64,000 bases of DNA, taken from positions 124,001-188,000 of the forward strand of contig JBLWGC010000082.1 in assembly GCA_048772705.1 (NCBI GenBank). Direction: 5' to 3'. Below are positions 1 through 11,415 of this stretch, one piece after another (the first letter of the stretch is position 1; each line of letters starts with the position of its first letter). The notes below the pieces were generated by a model. The model had not been told where the DNA came from. It worked only from the letters and a program-made list of their open reading frames with translations, and made no database searches. This DNA is from Leidyana gryllorum EB-2025a (taxonomy: Eukaryota; Protista; Apicomplexa). A program made the position numbers and the translations under genes.

Positions 1-2648
1 CACTTTTATATGGGAAAGAGAACGTAGGACTCGGTGGGCTCACCAGGCTTGAACTCCAGCAGGGCAGGGATGATTTGATCTGAAAACGCTTGACGAAACT
101 CACTAACTTGCTGATCCATGGATATAGGACAGTTCAGAATCACCGGATTGTCTTCCCTGCAAGCTGCTCCAGTGGCTGGATAGAATTCACCATCGAACCC
201 TGTGTGTGTGGAAAGAGACACGTTTTGACAATCGATCGATCGATCTTTGACACTCACCATGTACTGAAGCAAACATAACGTTTTCTGCATCGTGTTCATC
301 CCGCCAGATCTTCCATCGATCATATTCAATGACTGATTGCATATTCAGCTCGAAAGGAGCCGATGCTTTTAACTGCGAAGGGCGGCGGGTGTATATGTGA
401 GAGTTTGCTCCCCCCCCGAGGCGGCTCACCTTGATGGTGGCTTTGGTACGGCCCAGATTGCGGACAATCTGTTCCGTACCATTGCCGTGATGGACGTCAA
501 AGTCCACAATGGCTATGCGGTTGATGCCGAAAGGCGCATAGTGGTATCGTGCATAGGCTGCCCCTATGGCTACGTTGTTCAGAAGGCAGAAACCAAGAGA
601 GCCCAGTCTGTTTAGAGTGTGTGTAAATGGCGGATGGGGGAGCGTTTGGGCGCTTACGATGTATCAGATGCCAGGACGTCGCCCCCGGTTTCCGGAGAGC
701 TGACGCCTGGATGAGCTGCCCCCGCAGTGCCAACATGGTGACCTGGTGGTCTTATAACGCAGAAGGCATTACGTACACGGCCTTCACATACTGCCCGGAT
801 GGCTTCTAGCACTGTGCCCGCGGCCGCTGCGGCCGCGATGAAAGTCTGTGGTGTCACCCCGGTATCATCATCTATTTTGACTGGTGTGAAGGGCGTGGCA
901 GGAGTAGCCTGAAGAAGGGCCTGTTCAGCCTCTTGACACTTCCGCTTTATATATTGAATGTAGCCTGGGTCATGTACCCGGAGTATATCGGCTAGACAGG
1001 CAGGTGGTGAGATATACTGCCAGGAACAAGTCTCAAATCGTGGCAATCTAAGAATCCCGCTTGTGGGGTTGAGGAGGACGTGGAGCCTTGAGGGGTTCTC
1101 TGGGTACACAGCAGCCCACTCGGCGGGCTTTCCTGCGTCGTGTGGTTCAGGTAGGTTCAGGTGCAATTCGCAATCAGGATGAGTGAACACTCCTGTAAGA
1201 GCTGCAGGTGCTTCCATAGCAGACTGAAAGGTCGTGTCATCCACACTATAAGCATCTCCGTCATCGATGGCTCGCCGGAACGTCTCCAAGAACTCCGGCC
1301 CGAACCCTACGGACTCCGAGTACCCCGCCAGCACCTGTGGACAACAAAGAACAACAGCGGTCAACCCGTCAACCCGTCGCCGCTGCTTACCTCGAACTCA
1401 TCAGTTGAAAAGTCAGGCGCTTGTTTCACGATCGCGAACAGGACTTTCCAGGCGCCCCATTTGACGCACTCTCGTATGACAGAGACGACGAGGTCGGGAG
1501 ATAAATTCTGACGTCGCAAACGCTCAAAGACGGCGAGAACTGTACTCGGCTCGCGAGACATTACTCCAGCGACAATAACGGGGTCTCCGTTGATCGTCCG
1601 TGCTGAGGCATCGGCACCCGCCAGAAGCAGAAGCTTCACCAATGTCGTCGCGCCTAATTGGGTGAGACGCCAAAGCACCGTCGCGCCTGCAAAGTGGGCA
1701 GAGTAACTGCGAGTGGCGGCCGGAGACCGAACCGATCCTTACCAAAGTAGTCCGAGACTTCGAGGTCGACCTCGTCGAGGGAGTGTTCTGAGAGCGTGAG
1801 TGGTTCGCCGTTGTAGTTCAAGCTGAGCATAACAGATTCGGCTTTGGCCAAAACCTGTGACACTGTGGGGTCGAGGGCGCTTTCGCGGTCTCGGAGTAAA
1901 GAGAGGTTCTTTCTTAACTTGGGCCGGAGAATCAGGGCGTAGACTACTGCCACTCGTTCCTCCACCTCGGGGGACACACACACAGACTTGAGCGGGAGGT
2001 GCAGCAGAGGTACACCACCATAAGCGTTCCAACGACAATGGCCGCAGTCCTCAGCCTCTTCGCTGGGGAACGCATCCATTTCCTCCGGGGTGGCGCCCAG
2101 AGCGACCTCCAGCTCGCGAATGTCCAGCGAAGTTTGCAGTTGTTGTGGGGGGCGCTGAACGCTCAGTAACAACGCCACGGAAACGGGGTCAGCGGCCATC
2201 AGAGCCGCCGCTAAAGGCGTCCGACCCTTTCGATCAGCTTCATTGATTACTATTCGAGTGTGGAGACACAAAGATATATTTTGAGAACACCAACTGGCTC
2301 ACCTAAAGCTGCAAAGTCGCTGCGCACAAAGGCAGCGATGTGGTCGTGGCGGGCGTTCTCCACAGCTCTGATGAGAAGCGATGCCCGAAAGTCTGCGTAT
2401 ATTCGTGTCCAGGAGGGGGTGAGTGGTTCAACGGCAGCAGGAGGGGGTGGTTGTGCCGGCTCTGCTGGGGTAGCAGCAGCGGTGGAGGCGGCCTTTGCAA
2501 CTCGGCGTCGTCTGCGGAGACGTCGACTTTGATAATCAGCGGCCTCATCCGGCCTGAAACGTTTGGCTTCAGGCTCCTCCTCGGCCTCGGGCCTTTCCCT
2601 CCTCCCATAGTCGTCCTCCTCCTGCGCCTGAAACTCGTCTGACTCCAT
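1..2648 (-). CDS. Class II histone deacetylase with N-terminal ankyrin repeats (3' end runs off the window)
   Basis: Introns 2250-2302, 1687-1742, 1335-1390, 608-657, 373-429, 200-257 join ankyrin-like GRTPLAAAL and VKLLLLAGADAS segments to HDAC motifs PENPSRL, IRPPGHH, GFCLLNNVAIGA, DFDVHHGNGT and FYPATG. Confidence 0.92.
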
Positions 2649-2678
2649 TCAAGGAAATATTTTGCAAATTATAATCGA

Positions 2679-5412
2679 ATGAGCACCAGTGGACTCCCGC
2701 CCTTCGATAAACGAGAAGGCACCACAACAGCGGATAGTAACTATGACACTCGCAAATATCACCAGCGGGCGCCAGACCCCCAAAGCGCCAATGATCACGA
2801 ACTGCAACCTGCACATATGACTGCCTATAGGGGGAGGACCGTCCCGCTCCAAGAGTCCCGCAGACCGCCAAAACCTCCCCAAACAGGCCAACATGCTGCC
2901 ACCGCTCCTCGGTGGCGGCATAACCGACAATTCCATGAATCCCCCGCTCTTCACAGCAGTAACGCTGCTGATGCTGAGATGGACGAACTCGTCAAGAAGA
3001 TTAGTGCCGCCAGTCCCAACAACCGGAGTCTCCACGTCTCACGGGCTCATTCTCGCGTCGCTTCTCGGACATTCAACTCGCAAGCGTACAGTGGACACAA
3101 TACGCCTGCGGTGAGCTTCGATCTTGAGCGAACAGCTATCATCTCCAATTGCTCTGCTCCACACAGGCGGCGACTCCGAGTGCGACTGGGTCGTTCCCAA
3201 ACCATCAAATGTCCCATCAACGCGTCTACTCGGGAATCTATCCCGGACTGACCTCGGCTCAACAACCATTCTACCAAACCTCAGAAACTGTCGAGCTGGA
3301 AATGCTGGACGCCAGCCCCTTTGTAGGACGCGCGGCCTCAGTGATATTCTCCCTATTGTCATTTGGACTCAGATTCGAGTGAGTCACCTCGCCCCCCACT
3401 CTCGCCAAATACCACCAATGCAGTATCAGTCTCAAGTCCCGATCCACCGATATATCTGCTCGAAAACAGGAGATCCGCACAAAGGTATCCGGACTCCCGA
3501 TACCCGAATGGCCCGTATGCTACGACGATTTCTATGCAATGATAGACGAGTCGAGCATCATTCGGTATTTCGCTATCAAAACCGGAGCTCTCACATTCCA
3601 CGACTTGCGCAAGTTTCATATGGCAGACATCTTGCTCAATCGTGCTGTCTTATGGAGAGACTATCTATCGGCAGCCCTCAATGAGAATGCGGTACGCTGG
3701 CCCGACCCTCGCACAGATGCGCCAGACTTGATTGATTATTTTCGAACTGTTCGTCCCTTCTGCTACCAGACCTTTGAGACATTCCTTAAGGCCAGGGAAA
3801 AAACCTACTTCTTAAGCGATGACATCTCATGGGTTGATCCTGCCATATTCGCTTGTATGTACGATGACTATATGTAAGTCGGGGGGCCTTATTAGCACCT
3901 CCCAAATTGCCTCACCCCCGAGACACACAAATCCGCACACACATTTTAATACCCGAACCCCCCCCACACACACACGGGGCTTTGTGGGATGTGATTTTCC
4001 TTTGTCTCAGCTTACATTATATGGCAATGTCACAAGGACTGTTGAGTGAGTCAGTGCGAAATACAAAGGGATTGATGCTCGGGAGCCGTGGTTATGCCCG
4101 CTTTCCTCGAATGGTTCAATATTTCAAAAGTGTTTGGCACCACCCAAAGTTCTGTAATTGGTTAAATGGAGACCGTATGCGATGGATCGAATTGGTCCGT
4201 ACCAATACTCTACCCTGGTCGAAACCTGTGTCATACACGCCTGCGCCTGAACACGAAGCAATTGGAATTATAATCGATGGGTCTCCTGCGCCGGCGTATG
4301 CTCGGCAACTACATGCCACGATGCCGTGTGACTCTGCGTCAGACGTGGAGGCAGGAGGGTCGGCTCATTTGGCTCAGAACGCCTTCGTGGCAGACTCAAG
4401 CCGGACCACAGAGAATATGGTGCCAAAGCCCTCCAACGTCACTGAGGTCAAATTCCGCCCATCTCCGTTGTACCAGAGTCAACTAAGAGCTCAGATGGGC
4501 GCAGAACATCTTTCTGCATATGCGGCGGACCGAATTCATCAGCCACATCCACAGACACACCCGACACCGGCACAGCAGCAAGTGTTCAAGGAGTACCCCA
4601 TGTATGCAGGTCATCCTATGTCGCAAGGTGGTGGTGGTGGTGGTCCTGTATACTATCAGCAGCAGCAGCCAATGCAAGTTGCCCAACACGACACATCAGA
4701 CGTTGTCCAGCAGCAGTACCCTGGACCTCCCCACATGTACAATGCCCAACAAGAGTACCCGTATGCTGTGTATGGGCCTCCATATTCTACGGTCAATTAT
4801 GCTCAGTCGCAGCAAATGATGGCTCCTCCCGACCAGCAACAGCACCAATACCAGCTGCCTGTGCGTCATCCAGCACACCAATACCCAACTGTGCAACACC
4901 AGTATCAATCAGCACAGCAGCAATATCAAGCTGATCCACAACAACAGCAGGCGATGGCAAGACGAGGTCAGGAAGCGGAGGCAGGACAGGAGCAGCCATT
5001 GGTGCAATCCCATCAAATCCGTTACGCAGCAGAGTCTCACCAGGCGCAAGAAGAGCAGCATGGGCAGCTACACCCGCCAGCGGAGTCAGGACCACTGGTC
5101 GCGACACCGGGGAGCGTGCCTGTGGGGGAGCAGGAGCCTACGCAGGGCGCTTCGCCGCCTGTAGCGTATCCAGCGAACCCTATGTTGTCACCACGTCCCA
5201 CTGATACGACGAATCTGGAAGGGGACAAGTATTTCCGAGCCGCACAGCAAAATATTGCTGCAGAGCTAAAGCATCTGGGGGCTAATGGATCCGGCGGAGT
5301 CGAAGATAATACGTTCAGATTGAAACCCACAATGATAGTACGGGGGCAGGCACGCCGTGGGTCACGAAACTGGCCACCAAACACTAATCACACTGCCGAG
5401 CCCGATTACTGA
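2679..5412 (+). CDS. Divergent glutathione S-transferase-fold protein with long low-complexity (Q/P/H-rich) extensions
   Basis: Introns 3111-3166, 3379-3423 and 3874-4010 keep phase. The spliced product has GST-N-like GRAASVIFSLLSFG..LPIPEWPVCYDD..ESSIIRYFAIKTG and GST-C-like YFLSDDISWVDPAIF..FPRMVQYFKSVWHHPKFCNWL. Confidence 0.7.
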
Positions 5413-5543
5413 ACAAATCAATCCTTCAGCCCTTCTTTAGTTAGATAGTCAGTATATTATGGATGTATCTCTCCGACCTTAAACGCATGCGCCCTTCTGG
5501 TAGAATCGAGGAGCGAGCACACGCGGTCTGGTGAGAAGAAAGA

Positions 5544-7274
5544 ATGTCAGCAGCAGCAATTCGCTGCATCGAAACCGTTCAAGAACTCTTCGGAGAGCCC
5601 CAACCCGAACCCGAACCAGAACCCAGCCATAGACTGTCATATCTGCCTGAACCTCCCGAGGATGCACCCTTAGGGCCCAAATCTCCCTTACCATCACCCC
5701 GTGACGTAACCAGCCCAATCGCTGCTGACCTCATCCCCGCGAGTCCCTTCTACGGGGGTGATGTCGAGAGCAATGCTGAAGACACCCCACCCAGCAGCAG
5801 CCGGGCTGAGGAGGAACAACAAGTTGCTCCATCTCCACTACAGTCTCCTAGTCCTTTGATCTCCCCCTCAATCAGCTCCACCGAGGCATCTGAGCCCCGG
5901 TTGCCCGAGCGATACAAAACTATCGGACCCAAGTTGCAAAAGATCTCACATCGGCCAGGATACTTTATGGCCAGATACAAATCAAAGATCAAGGCACTGG
6001 GCAAATCCGTGCGTCGCGTTGACAAAGGAGTGCAAAGTAACGTAAGCGTATCGCCACCAATAGAGTCCCCAAAGTACACTCAAACTGCAGCCCCGAGTCA
6101 CCGAAATCTCACACTATCACGATCGCCTCTATTTCGATCTTCATCCTGTACCCTCACTCCTTTTGGACTTCGACCCCGACCGTAAGTGCACACACACACA
6201 CACATTGCGGCCAGCGCACATATTCGTCCACATAGAGCTCGAAATGTTGACCGCGTGGTCGGCCTTTCTGGACCCTCGGAACGATTTGGTGAGTGCTCAA
6301 ATCACAGACGACGGCCGGTTTGTGGCAGTTTGTCTCGTCTTTGTGTGGCACGTTTCTTCTGCTTCTGTTTTCAGCCTCACTTGCGTATGGATCGCTGTTT
6401 GGAAGTGGTACGATTTCCGGTGGATATGCGGTTCGAGCGGCCCTGTTTAGAGGCATTGAAATCTGTAAATGCTCTGTTTAAGGCGGCCAATATGCCGGCG
6501 GCGATCCCGGGAACAGAAGACGTGGTGAAGAGTGGAGGTGGGATGACGAGATTTAGTCTCTCAGGGAGCTCTAAGACTCAATCCCGGACCGCCCTGACAC
6601 CGCACGACTTGACGACCCATTTTTGGGCAATAATGACAAAATTGCAATTGAACTCTCAGTTGAGCGGATACGAACTGTTCTGTTTGAGAGTAACAGGGGA
6701 GGGGACAATTGGGATGGAGCGCTTAGAGTTTGACCACGAGACAGGCAGTTTGTGGTTATTCCCGGGACGTTTCGATCAGAAAACATGCGAGGTGGAGCCG
6801 ATACTCGACAGATCTGGTTTTGCGCCGATAAAGTTGGTGATCGATGAGACTGTGAAAATCAACGCCGGATTCCATACTGCGGACTTTTCGTCCTTTTTGA
6901 AGGAGTTACCAGTGGGAGCGATGATGTGAGTTCGAAACGCCGCGAGCGAGCGAGCGACAGTGTTTATAATACTTTTCCACGTCAGACCGTCAATGGATGT
7001 CGCTTTGAGTATCACTCACAAAGCCGCGCAAGAGGTCGATGTATCTGACACGGGGCTGACGAACGAAGAGTTGGGAGTGCCTCATGTGTACCCGACGAGT
7101 ACCATTAGTCTCCTGTTGCCGTAAGTGGGAGAATTGATAATTGGAGCTCCCCCGATCTTTGGTGAATATTGCAGAACACAAGACATTCGGACAGAGTTGT
7201 TGCTGTTTCTGGTGACTTGGCAATGTATGCGAAAGGAAGCGAGGGAGGGGATAAAGTACGGTTTGGGTATCTAA
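5544..7274 (+). CDS. Hypothetical protein: Pro/Glu/Ser-rich N-terminus, possible C-terminal PH-like domain
   Basis: Five phase-consistent GT-AG introns (6042-6090, 6182-6235, ~6289-6374, ~6926-6985, ~7121-7174). Beta-rich C-terminal region ends in a helix, TISLLLPTQDIRTELLLFL. Confidence 0.6.
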
Positions 7275-7319
7275 AGTGGAAAAAAAGACTGACAATAAAT
7301 CGCATTGCTTCAAGTGACG

Positions 7320-8289
7320 ATGATAAATCTGGTAGGTGGCGCAAGTTGTGACGATAGTGGTCTTTCAGAATGACGAAAGGGGTGAACCGCTCTCTAATTC
7401 ACCCACGCGACAGGACAAACTGGACTTTGTCTCGCTATCTACTGAGACAACTACTGGTATTCTTCTAGGGGGAGGAGGCGGAAGTAGTTCCACAGCTCCG
7501 TCTCTGAGTGGGCGAGGAGTCGTCCCGGTCCCACCAGCATCTCCGACCGGTTTTTTGGATCAATGGCAGCGATCTCTACTCGGAAGCGACGAAGACGGAC
7601 GGCCTCTGTTGAGGTCTAAATTCGAAGTCCCCTGGCAGACTGTGCGGGCCGAGCTGCTATTTGCGCTGATTGGTGCTGACACACTGTTGCCGAGTGGGTT
7701 GAGCAGTCGTTGGGCGGCGTACGCAGGGGGCGGAGGCGTTCTTTCGGATATTTCAGCCGATTTTCAGGGAGACTGGTGGGCTCCCGTATGGATTCCGTTA
7801 ACTCTATCGATTTCAATGTTGATCTCGGCCCACTCTGACAAAGTTATCGTCCACAAGACGGCTGAGGTCAACTTGGGACGGGTTCTACTCGCCTTCCTGT
7901 TGCCGGCGATCTTTGTCGCTTCGGTATATACGCTGCTACGGGTGTTCACCCACCTTGTCGTGCGGGACCCAACCTTCTTTGGCACTCCCCAACAACGACG
8001 TAAATGGATCAGTATCGCCGGATACGCCCTCACACCCGTAGTAGCCATCACGCTGGTCGATGGATTGCTGGGACTGCTTCTAATCCCGAGACGCGGCATT
8101 CTCCACCTCCTGTTCCTCTCGCTTTCTGCCATGCCCAGTTTCGTTTATATGGATAAGCGCTTTCCCATCAGAGCCATTGGCGGATTTGCCCAACGTTGGA
8201 CAAGACGCTCTGCACAGATGATGTTTTGGCTATCATACGCCTCCATCTTCGCCTTACTCATTCTCACTTTGCACAATTATTTCTCATGA
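7320..8289 (+). CDS. Yip1-domain Golgi membrane protein (YIPF1/2, Yip5-like)
   Basis: A MINL mini-exon plus intron 7332-7368 joins ORF 7336-8289. DWWAPVWIPLTL resembles the Yip1 DLxGPxW motif; GYALTP motif and about 5 TM helices. Confidence 0.75.
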
Positions 8290-8321
8290 AACAACCATCA
8301 ACCGACATAATCCCCCACGCG

Positions 8322-9581
8322 CTACCGTCCCAGCAATGTGGACGCAAGTACACGAAGCGATGCTGATCGGGCCTCGTTCTTCTTCAACTGTGCCAAAGCC
8401 TTGTGGAAATCTGTACTCGTCCGACCCATCTCGTCTAGGTGGTCACGCAAATCACCAGATTGATTAGCTAATCCTGCACAGGTTCACAACATCGATATAT
8501 ATAACAACAATTGTCATCCCCCTTCTCACCCTTCAAAAAGGCATTCAGAGCCTCAAGCTCCGTATCTGACCCGTCACTCCCATCAAATGCTGCCACCTTG
8601 ACACCATTACGCGGCTGCATCTGAACAACCAATACAATAATACAAGCCAGCCGGCCATCTCCCTTACTGCATATGACGACGGGTCAGAATCAACCACCAC
8701 AATCCGAGACTCGTCCCTCCCCAACTTTGACAAATCCTACGTAGAATACCAACACTTTCTCTCTCCGATTCTCTCTGCGCGTGTGTGCGCGCGTGTGTGT
8801 GGCCTCACCTTAACCAATTTGCCACCGATAGAAGTGCAATCCTCGCGATGTAAGACTCCCATCGTCGGTAAATTCCACTGACTGATCAGTTTGTGCGCAA
8901 TTGGAAACTGCTGCTTAGTCCACACGATCACTTCATATTGAAACACCAGCTGCTTGATCAGATCGTCCGCAAACGGACGCTTCATAATCCGCCACCCAAA
9001 CCGCCGCTGAGACACCGAATGACAACAGTTTCGGCCAAACAAAGAATCAAGACACTCACGTCGTATTCGACTTTCGCCAGCACCTCGTCCAAGTCAATCA
9101 CCAGCGTCGGAACCAAAGGCGGCAGACACAAATCCTCGCGGTCGGCCAATAGTGGGAGTTGCGACCTCCGAATACGACGCCACGGTTTGCCCTCCAGTTG
9201 ACGTCGAATCGCCGGATCATTCTGTTCCAGTTTGCCCCCCTTAAAGGCCCATTTGATCGTCCGGACCACCTTTTTGAGAACAAATGTCAAATTCAGAGAA
9301 CAGAGAGAGAGAGAGAGAAAGCATACCGCTTCTTTATAGTCGTCTATCGCTTCCTGTGCCTCTTCGACCCGCTTCCCTAATCGCTCATTGAGTGTAGACA
9401 AATCGCCTGTGGTTGATGGATGACGCAATTTATGTTTGATAACGACGTATTTTAGCTCACGCCACCACTCTTTGTACACGCCACTGCGCCAACTCCACAA
9501 TCCTACAGTGGTCAAGGCGAGGGCACTAGTTGCACCTCTCCGCAGCTGTCTAGCGAGCTGGAGTCGTCGAGTTTCCTCCAT
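8322..9581 (-). CDS. TIM50: Mitochondrial import inner membrane translocase subunit Tim50 (NIF/FCP1-like domain)
   Basis: Arg-rich N-terminus and a hydrophobic segment, then PTLVIDLDEVL, FGWRIMKRP, KDLSKLGRDESRIVVVD and QPRNGV..FDG..DTEL across 5 introns; stop TAG at 8322-8324. Confidence 0.85.
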
Positions 9582-9588
9582 GTGTTTT

Positions 9589-11376
9589 TTAGCTGTTTTC
9601 ACGGAGAAAATGGGGCTCTACGGGCGTTTCATTACGAATGGCGGCAAAACTGACACAATGGTACAAAGCCTAAAGGAAAGCCTCACTAATTGAATGTATC
9701 CCACACTCTCACCTGCAGCATGGATCGCGGATGCGTCGTGTAGAATGAGTCGATCCACTTTTCTTCCACAATGTCGAAATATCGGACTATTACTGCAAAT
9801 CGGAGACAATCGTTTTGATGAAATCCTCCACATCTCAAACTCACTCGATCGTATTTCGTCCCAGGGCAGCTCGATCGAAATTTCGGTCGGTGAATCAGCG
9901 AAATGATACAGCAACGGCCCTACATTGGCCCAGAGCCCGCCGGGAGGTATGATATCAGCGATCGTGTGAATATAGAGAATGATGTTCTTGGCAGTATCAA
10001 TGAAGAAACATGTTAGAACAGCGTCCCATGCTCCAGACTGACCACCATATACCTGTGTGGCACAGATTGATCGTGTGTGCACGCATTTGTGTTAGCTACC
10101 CGCTTACCTCGACAAAATCCCCAGCGCACATGGAGAATTCGACATCGTCAGCCACTGCGTCTGCTGTGGAGACATCGGGGATTAGAATGGTTTGCAGATG
10201 ATCTTCACTTTCCCTGCGATTGGATGAGTTCAAGCAGAAGGGCATAATGGAGAGTGAGTTTGGCTCCAGAGCGTGATTCAAGATGAAGTTGGACCCCAAT
10301 AACATGAAGTAAGAGAACTCATTCCCTTGACAAGAGTATCCCTGACACACTACATCAAACGGCAACCTTCCAAGACCAGATCCTGGACACAATACCCTGC
10401 AAACAATCTTTCGCACACACAGGTCGAGACACACCGCCCACCATGGTCGTCTTCCGTGCTCCTCTATAAAAGCGTCCAATGGTTTGTGCTTGTGCAGTGC
10501 CGCAATTAGAGGGCCGAACGTGGCTGCACGCTCTTCCGCTCGCTGTATTGGAGAAATTGTTGCAGGTGGAGGAATGGGTGGGTGTGAGTATCGGACGGAG
10601 GGCTTCCGACACAGTTAGTAGATCATTATGCTCTTACCTCAGCTGACCATTCTCTGGCAAACTGTTTTAGAGTGCTGCGGACTTTGTACATATTCATAGA
10701 CGAGACTTCGTTGTCTTCTATGGCGCACCCGGGTTCAATGGGGTCGCTTGTGGCGGCATAATGCATAGAGTCGTTTCCGTGGCAGACACAATGTTGGTCG
10801 CCAGCGGCATTGCAGCTCTCCTGATAGTCGACTATGTCGAGGTCTTGGGAGACAAGGTGGTTGAGGAAGTATTGATTCCGGGCTACAGCGTTTTTGAGCG
10901 CTGTGATTCGTTTATCTATGGGCGTCTGCAGTAATGCAGCCTCTGCCTCCCTGATAGAGAGGGTTTGTAGGGAACGGGATCTGATGTTTGCGTGGTGCTT
11001 ACGTGAGAGACTTGAAGTTTCTCTCAATTCGTTGAATTTCGGGTAAGGCCATCTCCTCGTATGTAGCAAAGGCCTGGCACACTTCCCTGAAGTGTCGAGC
11101 TTCAGCTGCCTGTTCGTCCTCATCGCTGTTGGCTCTCGCATCAGCGGCGGGTTGGTCTTGTGTTGGGGGAGGGCGATTGACGTGGGGATGGGGTGGGGCG
11201 TTGATAGGAACACCTTCGTTTGTCATGACAACTTTCCCGACTACCCTCGGGGGCGGTTGAAAATCTCCAGTCACGGGGAGATTAGCAGATGGGCGATGCC
11301 ATGCCTGATTGATCGTCGCTACCAATTTATCGTATATTTCAGTCAAATTCTCTTCGCTAACGTTCTGGGTTGCCAT
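9589..11376 (-). CDS. CARNMT1: Carnosine N-methyltransferase / N2227-like SAM-dependent methyltransferase
   Basis: Motifs KVRSTLKQFAREWSAE, VLCPGSGLGRL, QGNEFSYFML, MCAGDFVE, TCFFIDTAKNI, WANVGPLLYHF; last exon SMLQALYHCVSFAAIR..ENS-stop. Confidence 0.9.
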
Positions 11377-11415
11377 TACCCATCCAAAGAACTTTCAAGT
11401 AGTAAATAAAAAGCA

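Noticed and set aside
3961-3980. Apparent non-AG acceptor after (CA)n (cacacacGG)
   Set aside because: A canonical, phase-matched acceptor at 4010 restores the GST C-terminal domain.
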